DNA from: Nitrospirota bacterium
GTDB lineage: Bacteria > Nitrospirota > UBA9217
NCBI GenBank assembly: GCA_963749655.1
Contig: CAVVOB010000013.1
Coordinates: 64,001-128,000, forward strand
Direction: 5' to 3'
Length of the DNA stretch: 64,000 nt
Each line of letters begins with the position of its first letter. The stretch's first letter is position 1. The position numbers were made by a program, and so were the translations under genes. Shown here piece by piece: positions 18,901-28,654 of this stretch. The notes beneath the pieces are model-generated. The model searched no databases and was not told where the DNA came from. It worked only from the letters and a program-made list of their open reading frames with translations.

Positions 18901-19974
18901 ATGGCTGACAAACCGAAAAGAATAACAGACCTTGGTTCGCCGGATTATCATAAATTCCTGCCTCCCGTGATTGCGAAAAACTACGGGAAGTGGAAGTACC
19001 ATGAAGTGATCAACCACGGCACGATGAAACACGTGTCGGAGACCGGGGACGAACTGTACACCGTACGTATGGCTACCCCGCGCCTCGTGAGCACCGAGTT
19101 CATTCGCGAGATGTGCGACATTTCCGAGAAGTACAGCGGCGGATACCTCCGCTGGACGACCCGTCACAACGTCGAATTCTTCCCTGAGAAGGGGCAGGTC
19201 GACGCGCTGGTCGCGGACCTCAAGAAGCGCGGCCATCTCGTGGGCGGCATCGGCTACGGCATCAGCAACGTGGTTCATACCCAGGGCTGGGTGCACTGCC
19301 ATACGCCTGCAACGGACGCCTCCGGCGTCGTGAAGGCGGTCATGGATGAGCTTCACGAGTACTTTACGCACAAGAGCCTTCCGGCGCGCGTCAGGATAGC
19401 CCTTGCCTGCTGCCTGAACATGTGCGGCGCGGTGCACTGCTCCGACATCGCCATCCTCGGCATTCACCGCAAACCGCCGAAGGTGAACGAGGCGACGATC
19501 GGAAACCAGTGCGAGATTCCCACGACCATCGCCTCGTGCCCCACGGGCGCCATCAGCCCGAACCCGGCAGCGAAGTCCGTGAAGATCAAGGAAGAGCGCT
19601 GCATGTATTGCGGCAATTGCTACACCATGTGTCCTTCGCTTCCGATCGCAGACGGTTCCGGCGACGGTATCTCCATCTGGGTCGGCGGCAAGGTGTCCAA
19701 CGCCCGTGGTGTACCGCGCATGTCGAAACTGGCCATTCCGTTCCTCCCGAACAATCCGCCGCGCTGGCCTGAAGTCGTGAAGGCCGTGAAGCATCTGGTG
19801 GAGGTTTATGCCAAGGACGCCCGCAAGCATGAGCGCTATGGTGAATGGATCGAGCGTATCGGCTGGGAGCGGTTCTTCAAAATGACCGGCATTTCGTTCA
19901 CCTACCAGCACATTGATGACTTCACGTTCGCACGTGAATCGTTCAGAATGACGCCGACCTTCAAGTGGGAATAA
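18901..19974 (+). CDS. dsrB: Dissimilatory sulfite reductase beta subunit
   Basis: [61 protein letters not shown]. Confidence 0.98.
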   Translation: MADKPKRITDLGSPDYHKFLPPVIAKNYGKWKYHEVINHGTMKHVSETGDELYTVRMATPRLVSTEFIREMCDISEKYSGGYLRWTTRHNVEFFPEKGQVDALVADLKKRGHLVGGIGYGISNVVHTQGWVHCHTPATDASGVVKAVMDELHEYFTHKSLPARVRIALACCLNMCGAVHCSDIAILGIHRKPPKVNEATIGNQCEIPTTIASCPTGAISPNPAAKSVKIKEERCMYCGNCYTMCPSLPIADGSGDGISIWVGGKVSNARGVPRMSKLAIPFLPNNPPRWPEVVKAVKHLVEVYAKDARKHERYGEWIERIGWERFFKMTGISFTYQHIDDFTFARESFRMTPTFKWE

Positions 19975-19993
19975 CGAAACGGTGACTCTCGAT

Positions 19994-20028
19994 AACTGGC
20001 CCCGGTTAGGTTACCGGGGCCAGTTTCC
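19994..20028 (+). terminator. Stem-loop between dsrB and dsrD (weak terminator or mRNA stabiliser)
   Basis: 12-bp stem aactggccccgg/ccggggccagtt with short T tail. Confidence 0.6.
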
Positions 20029-20061
20029 TTGATGTGCTCAATTTATTTGGAGGGGACGACT

Positions 20062-20292
20062 ATGGACGCTGCAGAATTGCAGAAAAAAGTATACGAGTTG
20101 GTTGAAAAGAACCAGGGCAAAAAGAAACTGAAGGCCGGCGACATTACCAAGGCCATGGAAGCGGAAGGCGCAGCTCGGGACGAGATTAAGGCTGCGATCC
20201 GCGAGCTCGTTGATGGCGGAAAACTGGTCTACTCCTATTTCGGCGGCAGCTTCATTGAAATTCCGCACAAGGAAGGGTCGGCCAATCCCTGA
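20062..20292 (+). CDS. dsrD: DsrD, winged-helix activator of DsrAB
   Basis: 76 aa directly after dsrB; EIKAAIRELVDGGKLVYSYFGGS matches the DsrD pattern. Confidence 0.88.
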   Translation: MDAAELQKKVYELVEKNQGKKKLKAGDITKAMEAEGAARDEIKAAIRELVDGGKLVYSYFGGSFIEIPHKEGSANP

Positions 20293-21689
20293 TGTCGGCT
20301 GTCCCCAGGCTGATCATTTCAGCCGCGCGGGGAGGGCTAGGTAAAACAACCTTCTCGCTCGGTATTATTGCCGCCTGGCGTAAAAACGGCAGGCAGGTTG
20401 CGGTTTTTAAGAAAGGTCCGGATTTCATCGACGCTGGATGGCTCGGAGTTGCAGCAGGGAAACCTTGCTACAACCTCGATCTTTTCATGATGGAACCTGG
20501 CAGCATTCAAAGGTCCTTCGCTGAACATACGTCCGGCACTGATATTGCGGTCATCGAGGGCAACCGGGGTCTTTATGACGGTGTGGATGAATCGGGGAGC
20601 TACAGTACGGCCCGGTTGTCTACATTACTCAAGGCACCGGTCGTCGTGATCGTTGATGGGACGAAAGCCTCGGCCACGGTCGCGGCAGTGGTCCTCGGGT
20701 TGCAGAAGTACGACCCGGATGTCGTCATTGGCGGCGTCATCCTGAATAATGTCTCCTCGGCCCGGCACGAACAGGTAATCACGAAAGCGATCGCCCGGAG
20801 CAGCGGAATCCCCGTCGTGGGTGTCGTGCCGCGGCAGCGGCACGGCGAGTTTCCGGAACGGCACATGGGATTGACGCCGTTCCACGAACACCCTGAGGTT
20901 GAGCACGCAATACAGGCCGCGGCAGGTGTTGCTGAAAAATACCTCGATCTCGCCGCGCTCTGGAATCTTTCCGTTTCCGCTCCGGAGATCGGGATTCCAT
21001 GCGCTGCGAAACCGGAGTCCCGCGGCTGTCCGGGAGAGGGAATCGTTGTCGGAGTTGTGAGAGACCGGGCTTTTCAGTTCTACTATCCCGATAACCTTGA
21101 AGAACTGGAACGGCACGGCGCAGTCCTGAAAGAGGTTAATGCGCTGCAGGACAAGGAGCTTCCCCGCGATATTGCCGCATTGTATATCGGCGGAGGGTTT
21201 CCCGAAACGCAGGCGGCGGAGCTTGCCGCGAATACCGGGTTCTGCGCATCGCTGAGAAGCGCCGCGGAGAGCGGTCTCCCGATATACGCGGAATGCGGCG
21301 GACTGATCTACCTCGGACGCAGCCTTGTTGTTGACGGGGTTCGTTATTCAATGGCTTCTGTGCTGCCGCTCGATTTTGTTCTGGAAAAACGGCCGCAAGC
21401 GCATGGATATACTGTATTGGAGACCGGCAGCAACAGCCGGTTCCTTGGCACAGGGGTAACGGTTCGCGGGCACGAGTTCCATTATTCGCGGGTGATCAAT
21501 CTTGACGCCCTGCCGCCGATGGCGTATTATGTGTCCCGTGGCGGCGGCATAGACGGCAAGTCCGATGGAATTGTGTATAAGAATGTACTTGCGTCGTATA
21601 CCCATCTTCACGCACTGGCAACGCCCGAATGGGCTCCGGCAGTAATCAGCCGGGCCCGGGAGTTTCGGTTGCAGGGGAAACAGGCATAG
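20292..21689 (+). CDS. dsrN: Siroheme amidase (cobyrinate a,c-diamide synthase-like)
   Basis: GLGKTT, FKKGPDFID, EGNRGLYDG, GGGFPE, YAECGGL, GHEFHYS; located in the dsr operon. Confidence 0.92.
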   Translation: MSAVPRLIISAARGGLGKTTFSLGIIAAWRKNGRQVAVFKKGPDFIDAGWLGVAAGKPCYNLDLFMMEPGSIQRSFAEHTSGTDIAVIEGNRGLYDGVDESGSYSTARLSTLLKAPVVVIVDGTKASATVAAVVLGLQKYDPDVVIGGVILNNVSSARHEQVITKAIARSSGIPVVGVVPRQRHGEFPERHMGLTPFHEHPEVEHAIQAAAGVAEKYLDLAALWNLSVSAPEIGIPCAAKPESRGCPGEGIVVGVVRDRAFQFYYPDNLEELERHGAVLKEVNALQDKELPRDIAALYIGGGFPETQAAELAANTGFCASLRSAAESGLPIYAECGGLIYLGRSLVVDGVRYSMASVLPLDFVLEKRPQAHGYTVLETGSNSRFLGTGVTVRGHEFHYSRVINLDALPPMAYYVSRGGGIDGKSDGIVYKNVLASYTHLHALATPEWAPAVISRAREFRLQGKQA

Positions 21690-21701
21690 AAAGCAGGTTG
21701 T

Positions 21702-22064
21702 TTGGTGAGGTCGGGAGTAAGAGAAAGTATTGAACCTGTCTGTCCCTTCTGCAGGACAAGCCTCGACAGGCCCAGGACTGTTACGATCAGTGCGCTGGAA
21801 AGCTACGAGGGTGGAACGTGCCGTTCCTGCGGAGCCCTGTTCATCGCAGACCGTACCGGCAAAAATGTCGGCGAAGCCATGATGCAAGCTCTCGGCATTA
21901 TAGCTGATAAGGCTGCAAAAGATATGACAGAGATGGTCGCCGGAGTGGATTACGAGGATGTGATACTGAGTTACGACTGGCGGCTTCACCGTTCGAAGGG
22001 TGAAAGCAAAGGGCATATGGATGGCTCCGGTCGTCTTTACGTTATCAGGATAAAACCAAAGTAA
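21702..22064 (+). CDS. Hypothetical protein with CxxC...CxxC (putative Zn/Fe-binding)
   Basis: CPFC and CRSC motifs; co-oriented between dsrN and dsrC; start uncertain. Confidence 0.7.
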   Translation: MVRSGVRESIEPVCPFCRTSLDRPRTVTISALESYEGGTCRSCGALFIADRTGKNVGEAMMQALGIIADKAAKDMTEMVAGVDYEDVILSYDWRLHRSKGESKGHMDGSGRLYVIRIKPK

Positions 22065-22188
22065 CCGGAGAACGGGGTACCGGTCAAAAAACGCAGACGA
22101 GGTTTGTTGCAAATAAGAGCGCACTAAGTGACAACGGATGAGGGAGCCTGAGAGGCACCCGACTAATTCATGAAAGGGGACAAAACGA

Positions 22189-22524
22189 ATGGGAACGATT
22201 TCAGTAAAAGGCAAGACTATTGAAGTAGATGAGGACGGATTTTTGGCGAACCTTGATGATTGGAACCTTGATGTTGCCAATTATTTCGCAGAGGTCGAGG
22301 GCATCCAGATGAGCGATCAGCACTGGGAAGTCGTCAATTTCCTCCGCGACTATTACAAGCAGTATCAGATCGCGCCGATGATCAAGATCCTCGTAAAAGA
22401 AATCGGCAAGAAGCTTGGACCTGAGAAGGGCAACACCAAGTACCTCTACGAGCTGTATCCGGGCGGACCGGCAAAGCAGGCGTGCAAAATCGCCGGCCTT
22501 CCGAAACCGACGGGCTGCGTATAG
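22189..22524 (+). CDS. dsrC: DsrC sulfur carrier
   Basis: DEDGFL, HWEVVNFLRDYY, C-terminal GPAKQACKIAGLPKPTGCV with both conserved Cys. Confidence 0.97.
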   Translation: MGTISVKGKTIEVDEDGFLANLDDWNLDVANYFAEVEGIQMSDQHWEVVNFLRDYYKQYQIAPMIKILVKEIGKKLGPEKGNTKYLYELYPGGPAKQACKIAGLPKPTGCV

Positions 22525-22702
22525 GAACCATCCGCATCTGAATCCCGCCTCGGTTTGAAACGAGCGCGGGATGTTTCAATGCTCATGAGCGATGCGCCAG
22601 GTCCGGTCCGCGCTCGTGCCGGCATATCGGCATCGCATCCAACGGAAGAGGCATGCCGTATCGGATCGGAGTGTATCACAGCCGGAGGAGAATGGAATCA
22701 CC

Positions 22703-22888
22703 ATGTACATGGTAACAGTCGACAAGAACAAGTGCGACGGAGACGGGAACTGCGTGAACGTCTGCCCGCAGTCCGTATTCAAGCTGGACGGCGGCAAGGC
22801 CGATCCGGTGAACATGTCCGAGTGCATCAACTGCCTGACCTGCGTTGAGAATTGTCCGCAGCAGGCGATTACGGTTACCGAGATCTAA
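22703..22888 (+). CDS. Dicluster ferredoxin (CxxDxxC + CxxCxxC), copy 1
   Basis: CDGDGNCVNVCP and CINCLTCVENCP; GGAGG RBS. Confidence 0.92.
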   Translation: MYMVTVDKNKCDGDGNCVNVCPQSVFKLDGGKADPVNMSECINCLTCVENCPQQAITVTEI

Positions 22889-22913
22889 TGCGGCAACCAT
22901 GCAGCCATGCAAA

Positions 22914-22947
22914 AGGGGATAGTTTTTAAATTATCCCCTGTTTTTTT
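22914..22947 (+). terminator. Rho-independent terminator after dsrC-fdx
   Basis: aggggata/tatcccct stem followed by T7. Confidence 0.7.
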
Positions 22948-22977
22948 ATCATGAATCTGCTCTGGGGAGGTGAATAT

Positions 22978-23277
22978 ATGAAGCTGGCGGTATTTTTAAG
23001 CGACTGGAGAAGGACCGAAGAAACACTTGAGCGATTGAAGGCAGAAAAAATGGCCGTGATCCTTGTTGAAAACGGCATCTACCATGCGGTGATGAAGGAA
23101 AACGGGAAGGACTCACCGGTGCTCTCGAAAGCCGGCGTGACCTTCTATGCCCTGACGGACGATCTCGAGACCCGCGGGTATACCACGGCGAACCTCAGTT
23201 CCAAGGTGAAACCGATTAGCTACGCGGACATCGTCGATCTTATCATGAACGATTACGAGAAGACGGCGTGGTTGTAG
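22978..23277 (+). CDS. dsrH: DsrH/TusB-family protein
   Basis: ILVENGIYHA, FYALTDDLETRG, ISYADIVDL pattern; 99 aa; orthology to bona fide DsrH unverified. Confidence 0.75.
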   Translation: MKLAVFLSDWRRTEETLERLKAEKMAVILVENGIYHAVMKENGKDSPVLSKAGVTFYALTDDLETRGYTTANLSSKVKPISYADIVDLIMNDYEKTAWL

Positions 23278-23384
23278 AGCCAAGGTCGAAACGCGAATCC
23301 TCAATCCCAAACGGGAAGGGAAGAAGACGTCCTTGAGGATTTCGCTCTCGTCGAATTTTTGAATTTGTAACTTAGGAGGATATC

Positions 23385-23744
23385 ATGGGAGAATTGACAA
23401 TAGGCACATTCCCTTCTCTGGTCGGCTCGATGTCGCTTGATTTTTCGTTCAAGCTTGCCGAGGCCGCGATCGCCAAAGGTCACAAGGTAAACATGTGGCT
23501 TTCCGGCAATGCCGTGATGATGGCCAAGAAGGGGCAGAAGGCTTTCAAGGACTATTCACATAACGAGAAAAAAATGAAGGAGCTTATGGCCAAGGGGATG
23601 GAGATCACCGTGTGCGAGGCCTGTGCAGAGGCGCGCGGGTATCACAAGGAAGACGTTCCTGAAGGCATGAAGCGCGCCAGCATGGACTGGTATCTTGCAA
23701 AGACGGTCAAGACGGACCGGCTGCTGCACATAGGGGGTGAGTAA
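23385..23744 (+). CDS. dsrE: DsrE/TusD-family sulfurtransferase
   Basis: KLAEAAIAKGHKV..WLSGNAV and active-site CEACAEARG. Confidence 0.78.
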   Translation: MGELTIGTFPSLVGSMSLDFSFKLAEAAIAKGHKVNMWLSGNAVMMAKKGQKAFKDYSHNEKKMKELMAKGMEITVCEACAEARGYHKEDVPEGMKRASMDWYLAKTVKTDRLLHIGGE

Positions 23745-24160
23745 TGGGCGCAGTTAAATTATTGTTTATGGTTCAGAGACCGCCGTACAAGAGCGAGAAC
23801 CCCCGGCTTGCGCTGACTCACGCACTGGCAAGCCAGACCGCCGAAATTTACATGGATGATGGTGATTCAGTTGTCCCGACCGTAGCGTTCGTCGGAGACG
23901 GCGTGTTGAACGCTTTGAAAGGCCAGCAGGCGATGAAGACCTACGGCGTGACCAGCACTGAAAGCCACATCAAAGGATGTCTTATGACTGATGTCCCTAT
24001 CTGGGTATGCAAGGAGGACATGGAGCGCCTTGGCATCAAAGAGGACCAGATAGTCTCAGATGCCGAGGATATGGGTGGCGCGGAAATCTCAACGAAATTT
24101 GTTTCCTTCGCCGATATTCAGAAAGAAATGGAAACAGTGAAGCATCTGCTGTTCTTCTAA
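23744..24160 (+). CDS. dsrF: DsrF/TusC-family protein
   Basis: RPPY, FVGDGVLNALKGQ, VCKEDMERLGI; translationally coupled to the dsrE-like gene. Confidence 0.72.
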   Translation: MGAVKLLFMVQRPPYKSENPRLALTHALASQTAEIYMDDGDSVVPTVAFVGDGVLNALKGQQAMKTYGVTSTESHIKGCLMTDVPIWVCKEDMERLGIKEDQIVSDAEDMGGAEISTKFVSFADIQKEMETVKHLLFF

Positions 24161-24224
24161 TTACGACATCCCGATTCCCTGCAGCGCATGCTGCAGGGAG
24201 CACCATGCGGGATGCACAGGGGAT

Positions 24225-24740
24225 ATGAACCTTAAAGAGCACCTCATAGAAAAAAAGCAGGCTATCCTGAAGAAATGGTTCGACGCGATTGCGGACACCT
24301 ATGCTCAGGATACGGCCGGCTTTTTGAAGAAACAGAAGGCGCAATTCACCAACCCGGTCGGCTACACCCTGGCTGAAGGAACGGAGAAGCTCTTCGACGC
24401 CCTGATCCAGGGGATGATCGCCGACACGGTTGCCGCATTTCTCGACAGCATAATCCGCATCCGGGCGATCCAGGAATTCTCTCCCTCCGAAGCACTTTCC
24501 TTCATTTTTCATCTCAAAAAGATCATCAGACAGGAGCTCGGCAGCGAGGTCCTGCAGCAGCAAGGGATAGCTGAGGAACTGACTGCCTTTGATTCCGCCG
24601 TGGACGACCTGGCGCTCTTTTCGTTCGACATATACATGAAATGCCGCGAAAAGATCTACGACATCAAGGCAAATGAAGCGAGAAGCATGACCTTCAGGCT
24701 CTTGCAGCAAGCGCGTCTTATCGTCGACAACCAGGATTAG
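24225..24740 (+). CDS. dsrT: DsrT (RsbRD_N domain)
   Basis: FTNPVG, IRIRAIQEFSPSEALSFIF.LK, FDIYMKCREKIYDIK; precedes dsrM. Confidence 0.92.
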   Translation: MNLKEHLIEKKQAILKKWFDAIADTYAQDTAGFLKKQKAQFTNPVGYTLAEGTEKLFDALIQGMIADTVAAFLDSIIRIRAIQEFSPSEALSFIFHLKKIIRQELGSEVLQQQGIAEELTAFDSAVDDLALFSFDIYMKCREKIYDIKANEARSMTFRLLQQARLIVDNQD

Positions 24741-24783
24741 ATCCGCTGTCGCTGCTAACCTTAAAATGAAAAGAGGTAACGAA

Positions 24784-25776
24784 ATGAAAGCATTAATGTC
24801 TTTCGTCTTTGTACTGCTTTTGGTACTGGTTGCCTATGCGGGAGTCGCCGTGCTGAATGCGCAGTATGTCTTCGGCGTGGTAATCCCTTATCTGGCGGTA
24901 GCCACGTTCGTCGTCTTCATGATTGTCCGCGTCCTGAAATGGGGGAGCTCGCCTGTTCCTTTCCGCATTCCAACGACCTGCGGCCAGCAGGAATCGCTTC
25001 CCTGGATCAAGCAAAGCAAGCTGGAGAACCCCTCAACAGTTCTCGGCGTGCTCGGCAGGATGGCGCTGGAAGTGTTCTTCTTCCGCTCTCTCTTCAGAAA
25101 CCTGAAGACGCAATTGGGGGAAGACAAAAAACTCTCGTATGGTGAAGCAAAATGGCTTTGGGCGGCGGGTCTGGCGTTCCACTGGTCCTTCCTCATCATC
25201 CTGATCAGGCACCTGCGGTTCTTCACCGGGCAACTGCCCTTTCCCGTGCAGATTGTCGAGAGCCTGGACAGCTTCCTCCAGATCGGCGCGCCGCTTCTGT
25301 ACATGACCGACCTGGTGCTGCTCGGGGCCGTGTTCTATCTGTTTCTCAGGAGGATCGGCATTCCCCAGCTCAGCTACATCTCCCTCATCAATGATTATTT
25401 TCCGCTCTTCCTGATCTTCGGCATCGGCCTTTCGGGCGTGCTCATGAGATATTTTTATAAGACGGATATCGTAAGCGTCAAGATGCTGACCATGAGCCTG
25501 GTCAGTTTCAGTCCCGCGGTCCCCAAGGGGATCGGCGTTATTTTCTACATCCATTTGTTTCTCATCTGCACGCTGTTCGCCTATTTCCCCTTCAGCAAAC
25601 TGGTGCATATGGGAGGTGTGTTCCTGAGCCCGACACGGGTGCTGGCGAACACCAGCCGCAAGAAACGGCACATCAATCCCTGGAACTATCCGGTCCATGT
25701 GCACACCTACGAGGAATATGAAAATGATTTCCGGGATAAAATGAAAGGCGCCGGCCTGCCGGTAGAAAAGGAGTAA
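24784..25776 (+). CDS. dsrM: DsrM, NarI-like membrane cytochrome b
   Basis: PVPFRIPTTCGQQ, FFRSLFRN, AFHW..IRHLR, YFPFSKLVH. Confidence 0.96.
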   Translation: MKALMSFVFVLLLVLVAYAGVAVLNAQYVFGVVIPYLAVATFVVFMIVRVLKWGSSPVPFRIPTTCGQQESLPWIKQSKLENPSTVLGVLGRMALEVFFFRSLFRNLKTQLGEDKKLSYGEAKWLWAAGLAFHWSFLIILIRHLRFFTGQLPFPVQIVESLDSFLQIGAPLLYMTDLVLLGAVFYLFLRRIGIPQLSYISLINDYFPLFLIFGIGLSGVLMRYFYKTDIVSVKMLTMSLVSFSPAVPKGIGVIFYIHLFLICTLFAYFPFSKLVHMGGVFLSPTRVLANTSRKKRHINPWNYPVHVHTYEEYENDFRDKMKGAGLPVEKE

Positions 25777-25778
25777 TC

Positions 25779-27399
25779 ATGGCAAAACTTCCGAAGCCAG
25801 AAGAACTGTCAAAGATAGATTACACTCCGCCGAAAACGGGGTGGATGGACACGCCCACGGTGATCAAAGAGGGCATGTTCTGCCATGGAGCGAAGCCGAA
25901 AAGCCTGGACATCGTCAGTTTCCCGAACCCGCGGGACTGGAGACCTGCCGACGCGGACTGGAAACTGCCCGAGAACTGGAAGCAGATCCTCCTCGAAGGG
26001 ATCGCGGAGCGCCTGGAAAAGTACCGGTCGTTCCGGCTCTTCATGGACATCTGCGTACGCTGCGGCGCCTGCGCGGATAAGTGCCACTTCTTTATCGGCA
26101 CCGGCGATCCCAAGAATATGCCGGTGCTCCGGGCCGAACTGATCCGGTCGGTCTATAGAAAAGAGTTCACCCTGGCCGGCAAGATCTTCGGCAAGATGGC
26201 AGGCGCCCGTGAATTGACCCTCGATGTATTGAAAGAATGGTGGTATTACTTCTTCCAGTGCACTGAGTGCCGCCGCTGCTCGGTTTTCTGCCCCTACGGA
26301 ATCGACCAGGCCGAGATCACGATCATCGGTCGTGAACTTCTCAATCTGCTCGGCTTGAACATCGAGTGGATCGCAGGACCGGTTTCGAACTGCTACATGA
26401 AGGGCAACCATCTGGGCCTTGAACCCCATACGATCGTCGGCAACCTCGAGTACATGCTCGACGATATCGAAACGATCACAGGCAAGAGAGATCAAGCCTA
26501 CATTCAACCGGAAGGGCGCCGAGATCCTGTTTGTGACGCCTTCGGGCGATCTCTTCGCCGACCCGGGCACGTACACTGCCATGGGCTACATGATGCTTTT
26601 CGAGGAACTGGGACTCGACTATACCTGGAGCACCTACGCCTCGGAAGGCGGCAACTTCGGATTCTTCACCTCGAACGAGATGGGCAAGCGGCTCAATTCC
26701 AAGATCTATGCCGAGGCCAAACGACTCGGTGTGAAGTGGATCCTCGGCGGAGAGTGCGGCCACATGTGGCGCGTCCTCTCCCAGTACATGGACACCTGGA
26801 ACGGTCCGGCGGACTTCCTCGAAGTCCCGAAATCGCCGGTCACCGGCACGGTCTTCGAACATGCAAAATCCATGAAGATGATCCATGTCGCGGAATTCAC
26901 CGCAGACCTGATCAAGAACAACAAACTGAAGCTTGACCCGAAGCGGAACGATCATCTGCACCTTACGTGGCATGATTCCTGTAATACGGCGCGCGGTATG
27001 GGCCTGCTCGAGGAGCCGCGCTATGTGCTCAAGAGCGTGTGCAACAATTTCACCGAAATGCCGGAAGACACGATCCGTGAGAAGACCTTCTGCTGCGGCA
27101 GCGGCACGGGCTTGAACGCCTCGGAAGACATGGACCTCCGTATGAAGGGCGGGTTCCCCCGTGCGAATGCGGTCAAATATGTTGCGGACCACTATGGGGT
27201 GAATATGCTGGGCAACGTTTGCGCCATCGACCGGGCAACGCTCAAGGCCCTCATGGAATACTGGGTCCCCAGCGTGGGTGTCTGCGGGCTCCATGAACTC
27301 GTTGCGAATGCCCTCGTCATGACCGGTGAAAAGCCGAGAACGACGGACCTTCGCGGCGAACCCCTTCCCAACGTTGAAGTGAAGGAGGAAAAAGCCTAA
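25779..27399 (+). CDS. dsrK: DsrK, HdrD-like Fe-S subunit (apparent +1 frameshift near 26490)
   Basis: CVRCGACADKC and CTECRRCSVFCP in the first frame; GECGH, HDSCN and FCCGSG in the next frame. Confidence 0.95.
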
Positions 27400-27830
27400 T
27401 GAAACTCTATGACGGCGGTAAAATATTCATCGGGCTGCTGGTGTTTGTCGCCTTTGCGACCTTCCCGTTCTACTACAATGTCGGGAAGGCAAGCGTCAAA
27501 CCCGATCCGAAAACCGATACCCCGCAGATCCAGGAATGGGAAAAACTGAACGGGAAGAAGAAGGAATGCGTGGAGTCCAAAGAGTTCATGCGGACGGAGC
27601 ACATGCAGCTTCTGAACAACTGGCGGGATTCCGTTGTCCGTGAAATGTACCGGGATTACGTGAGCACGTCGAACGGCGATCATTTCCCCATGAGCCTGCA
27701 GAACGGCTGTCTGAACTGCCACTCGAACAAGAAAAAGTTCTGCGATGAATGCCACAACTACATGGCGGTCAAGCCGTATTGCTTCGACTGCCATATTCAA
27801 CCGATGGAAAAGGAGGAGAATAAATCATGA
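27399..27830 (+). CDS. dsrJ: DsrJ triheme cytochrome c
   Basis: N-terminal TM; CVE..MRTEHM; CLNCH, CDECH, CFDCH. Confidence 0.95.
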   Translation: MKLYDGGKIFIGLLVFVAFATFPFYYNVGKASVKPDPKTDTPQIQEWEKLNGKKKECVESKEFMRTEHMQLLNNWRDSVVREMYRDYVSTSNGDHFPMSLQNGCLNCHSNKKKFCDECHNYMAVKPYCFDCHIQPMEKEENKS

Positions 27831-28654
27831 GCATGGACAGGAGACAATTTCTGAAAATTGCCGGCATCTCCTCCATCCTGGGATTTGGCGCGTCGTCCGC
27901 TGCGTCCGCACAGAACGTCTTTGGAAAGCTCACCCCGCCGCAGGTTGAGCCGGGCAAGGACGGACTGACAGCGAAGCGGTGGGCAATGGTGGTCGACATG
28001 AGCAAGTTCAAGACCGAAGAGGACATCAAAAAGGTCACGAGCGCATGTCACCAGACGCACAATGTTCCGGATTTCCGGAATCCCGACGGGACGGTAGACA
28101 AGAAGTTCGAGATCAAATGGATCTGGGAAACATCGTATGAACGCGCATTTCCCAATCAGGACAATCCGTACATGAACGAGCATATCAAGGACATGCCCTT
28201 CATGGTGCTCTGCAATCACTGCGACAACCCGCCCTGCGTCAGGGTCTGCCCCACGAAAGCAACGTTCAAGCTGACCAACGGGATCACGATGCAGGACATG
28301 CACCGCTGCATCGGCTGCCGCTTCTGCATGGCCGCCTGCCCCTATGGTTCACGGAGCTTCAACTGGGTTGATCCGCGGAAGGCGATCAAGCCGGAACTGG
28401 AGAACAAGGCCTATCCCACGAGAACCAAGGGCGTGGTGGAAAAGTGCACCTTCTGTTCGGAGCGGCTTCAGGCGGGTAAAAAGCCGGCCTGCGTAGAGGC
28501 TGCACCCGAGGGCGCAATGTTCTTCGGGGATATCGAGGATCCCAATTCGGACGTCAGGAAGATCGTTACGTCTCAGCTTACTATCAGACGGAAACCGGAA
28601 TTGGGAACCGGCCCGGCGGTCTATTATCTCATAGGAGGTAGCGAACATGCTTGA
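27827..28654 (+). CDS. dsrO: DsrO periplasmic Fe-S protein
   Basis: Tat signal DRRQFLK; CNHCDNPPCVRVCP, CIGCRFCMAACPYG, KCTFC. Confidence 0.95.
   Translation: MSMDRRQFLKIAGISSILGFGASSAASAQNVFGKLTPPQVEPGKDGLTAKRWAMVVDMSKFKTEEDIKKVTSACHQTHNVPDFRNPDGTVDKKFEIKWIWETSYERAFPNQDNPYMNEHIKDMPFMVLCNHCDNPPCVRVCPTKATFKLTNGITMQDMHRCIGCRFCMAACPYGSRSFNWVDPRKAIKPELENKAYPTRTKGVVEKCTFCSERLQAGKKPACVEAAPEGAMFFGDIEDPNSDVRKIVTSQLTIRRKPELGTGPAVYYLIGGSEHA

Noticed and set aside
20292-21689. cbiA/cobB as evidence of cobalamin synthesis
   Set aside because: Position after dsrABD and absence of other cob genes indicate the siroheme amidase DsrN.
22189-22524. TusE (tRNA thiolation) rather than DsrC
   Set aside because: Both C-terminal cysteines are retained and the gene lies inside the dsr operon.
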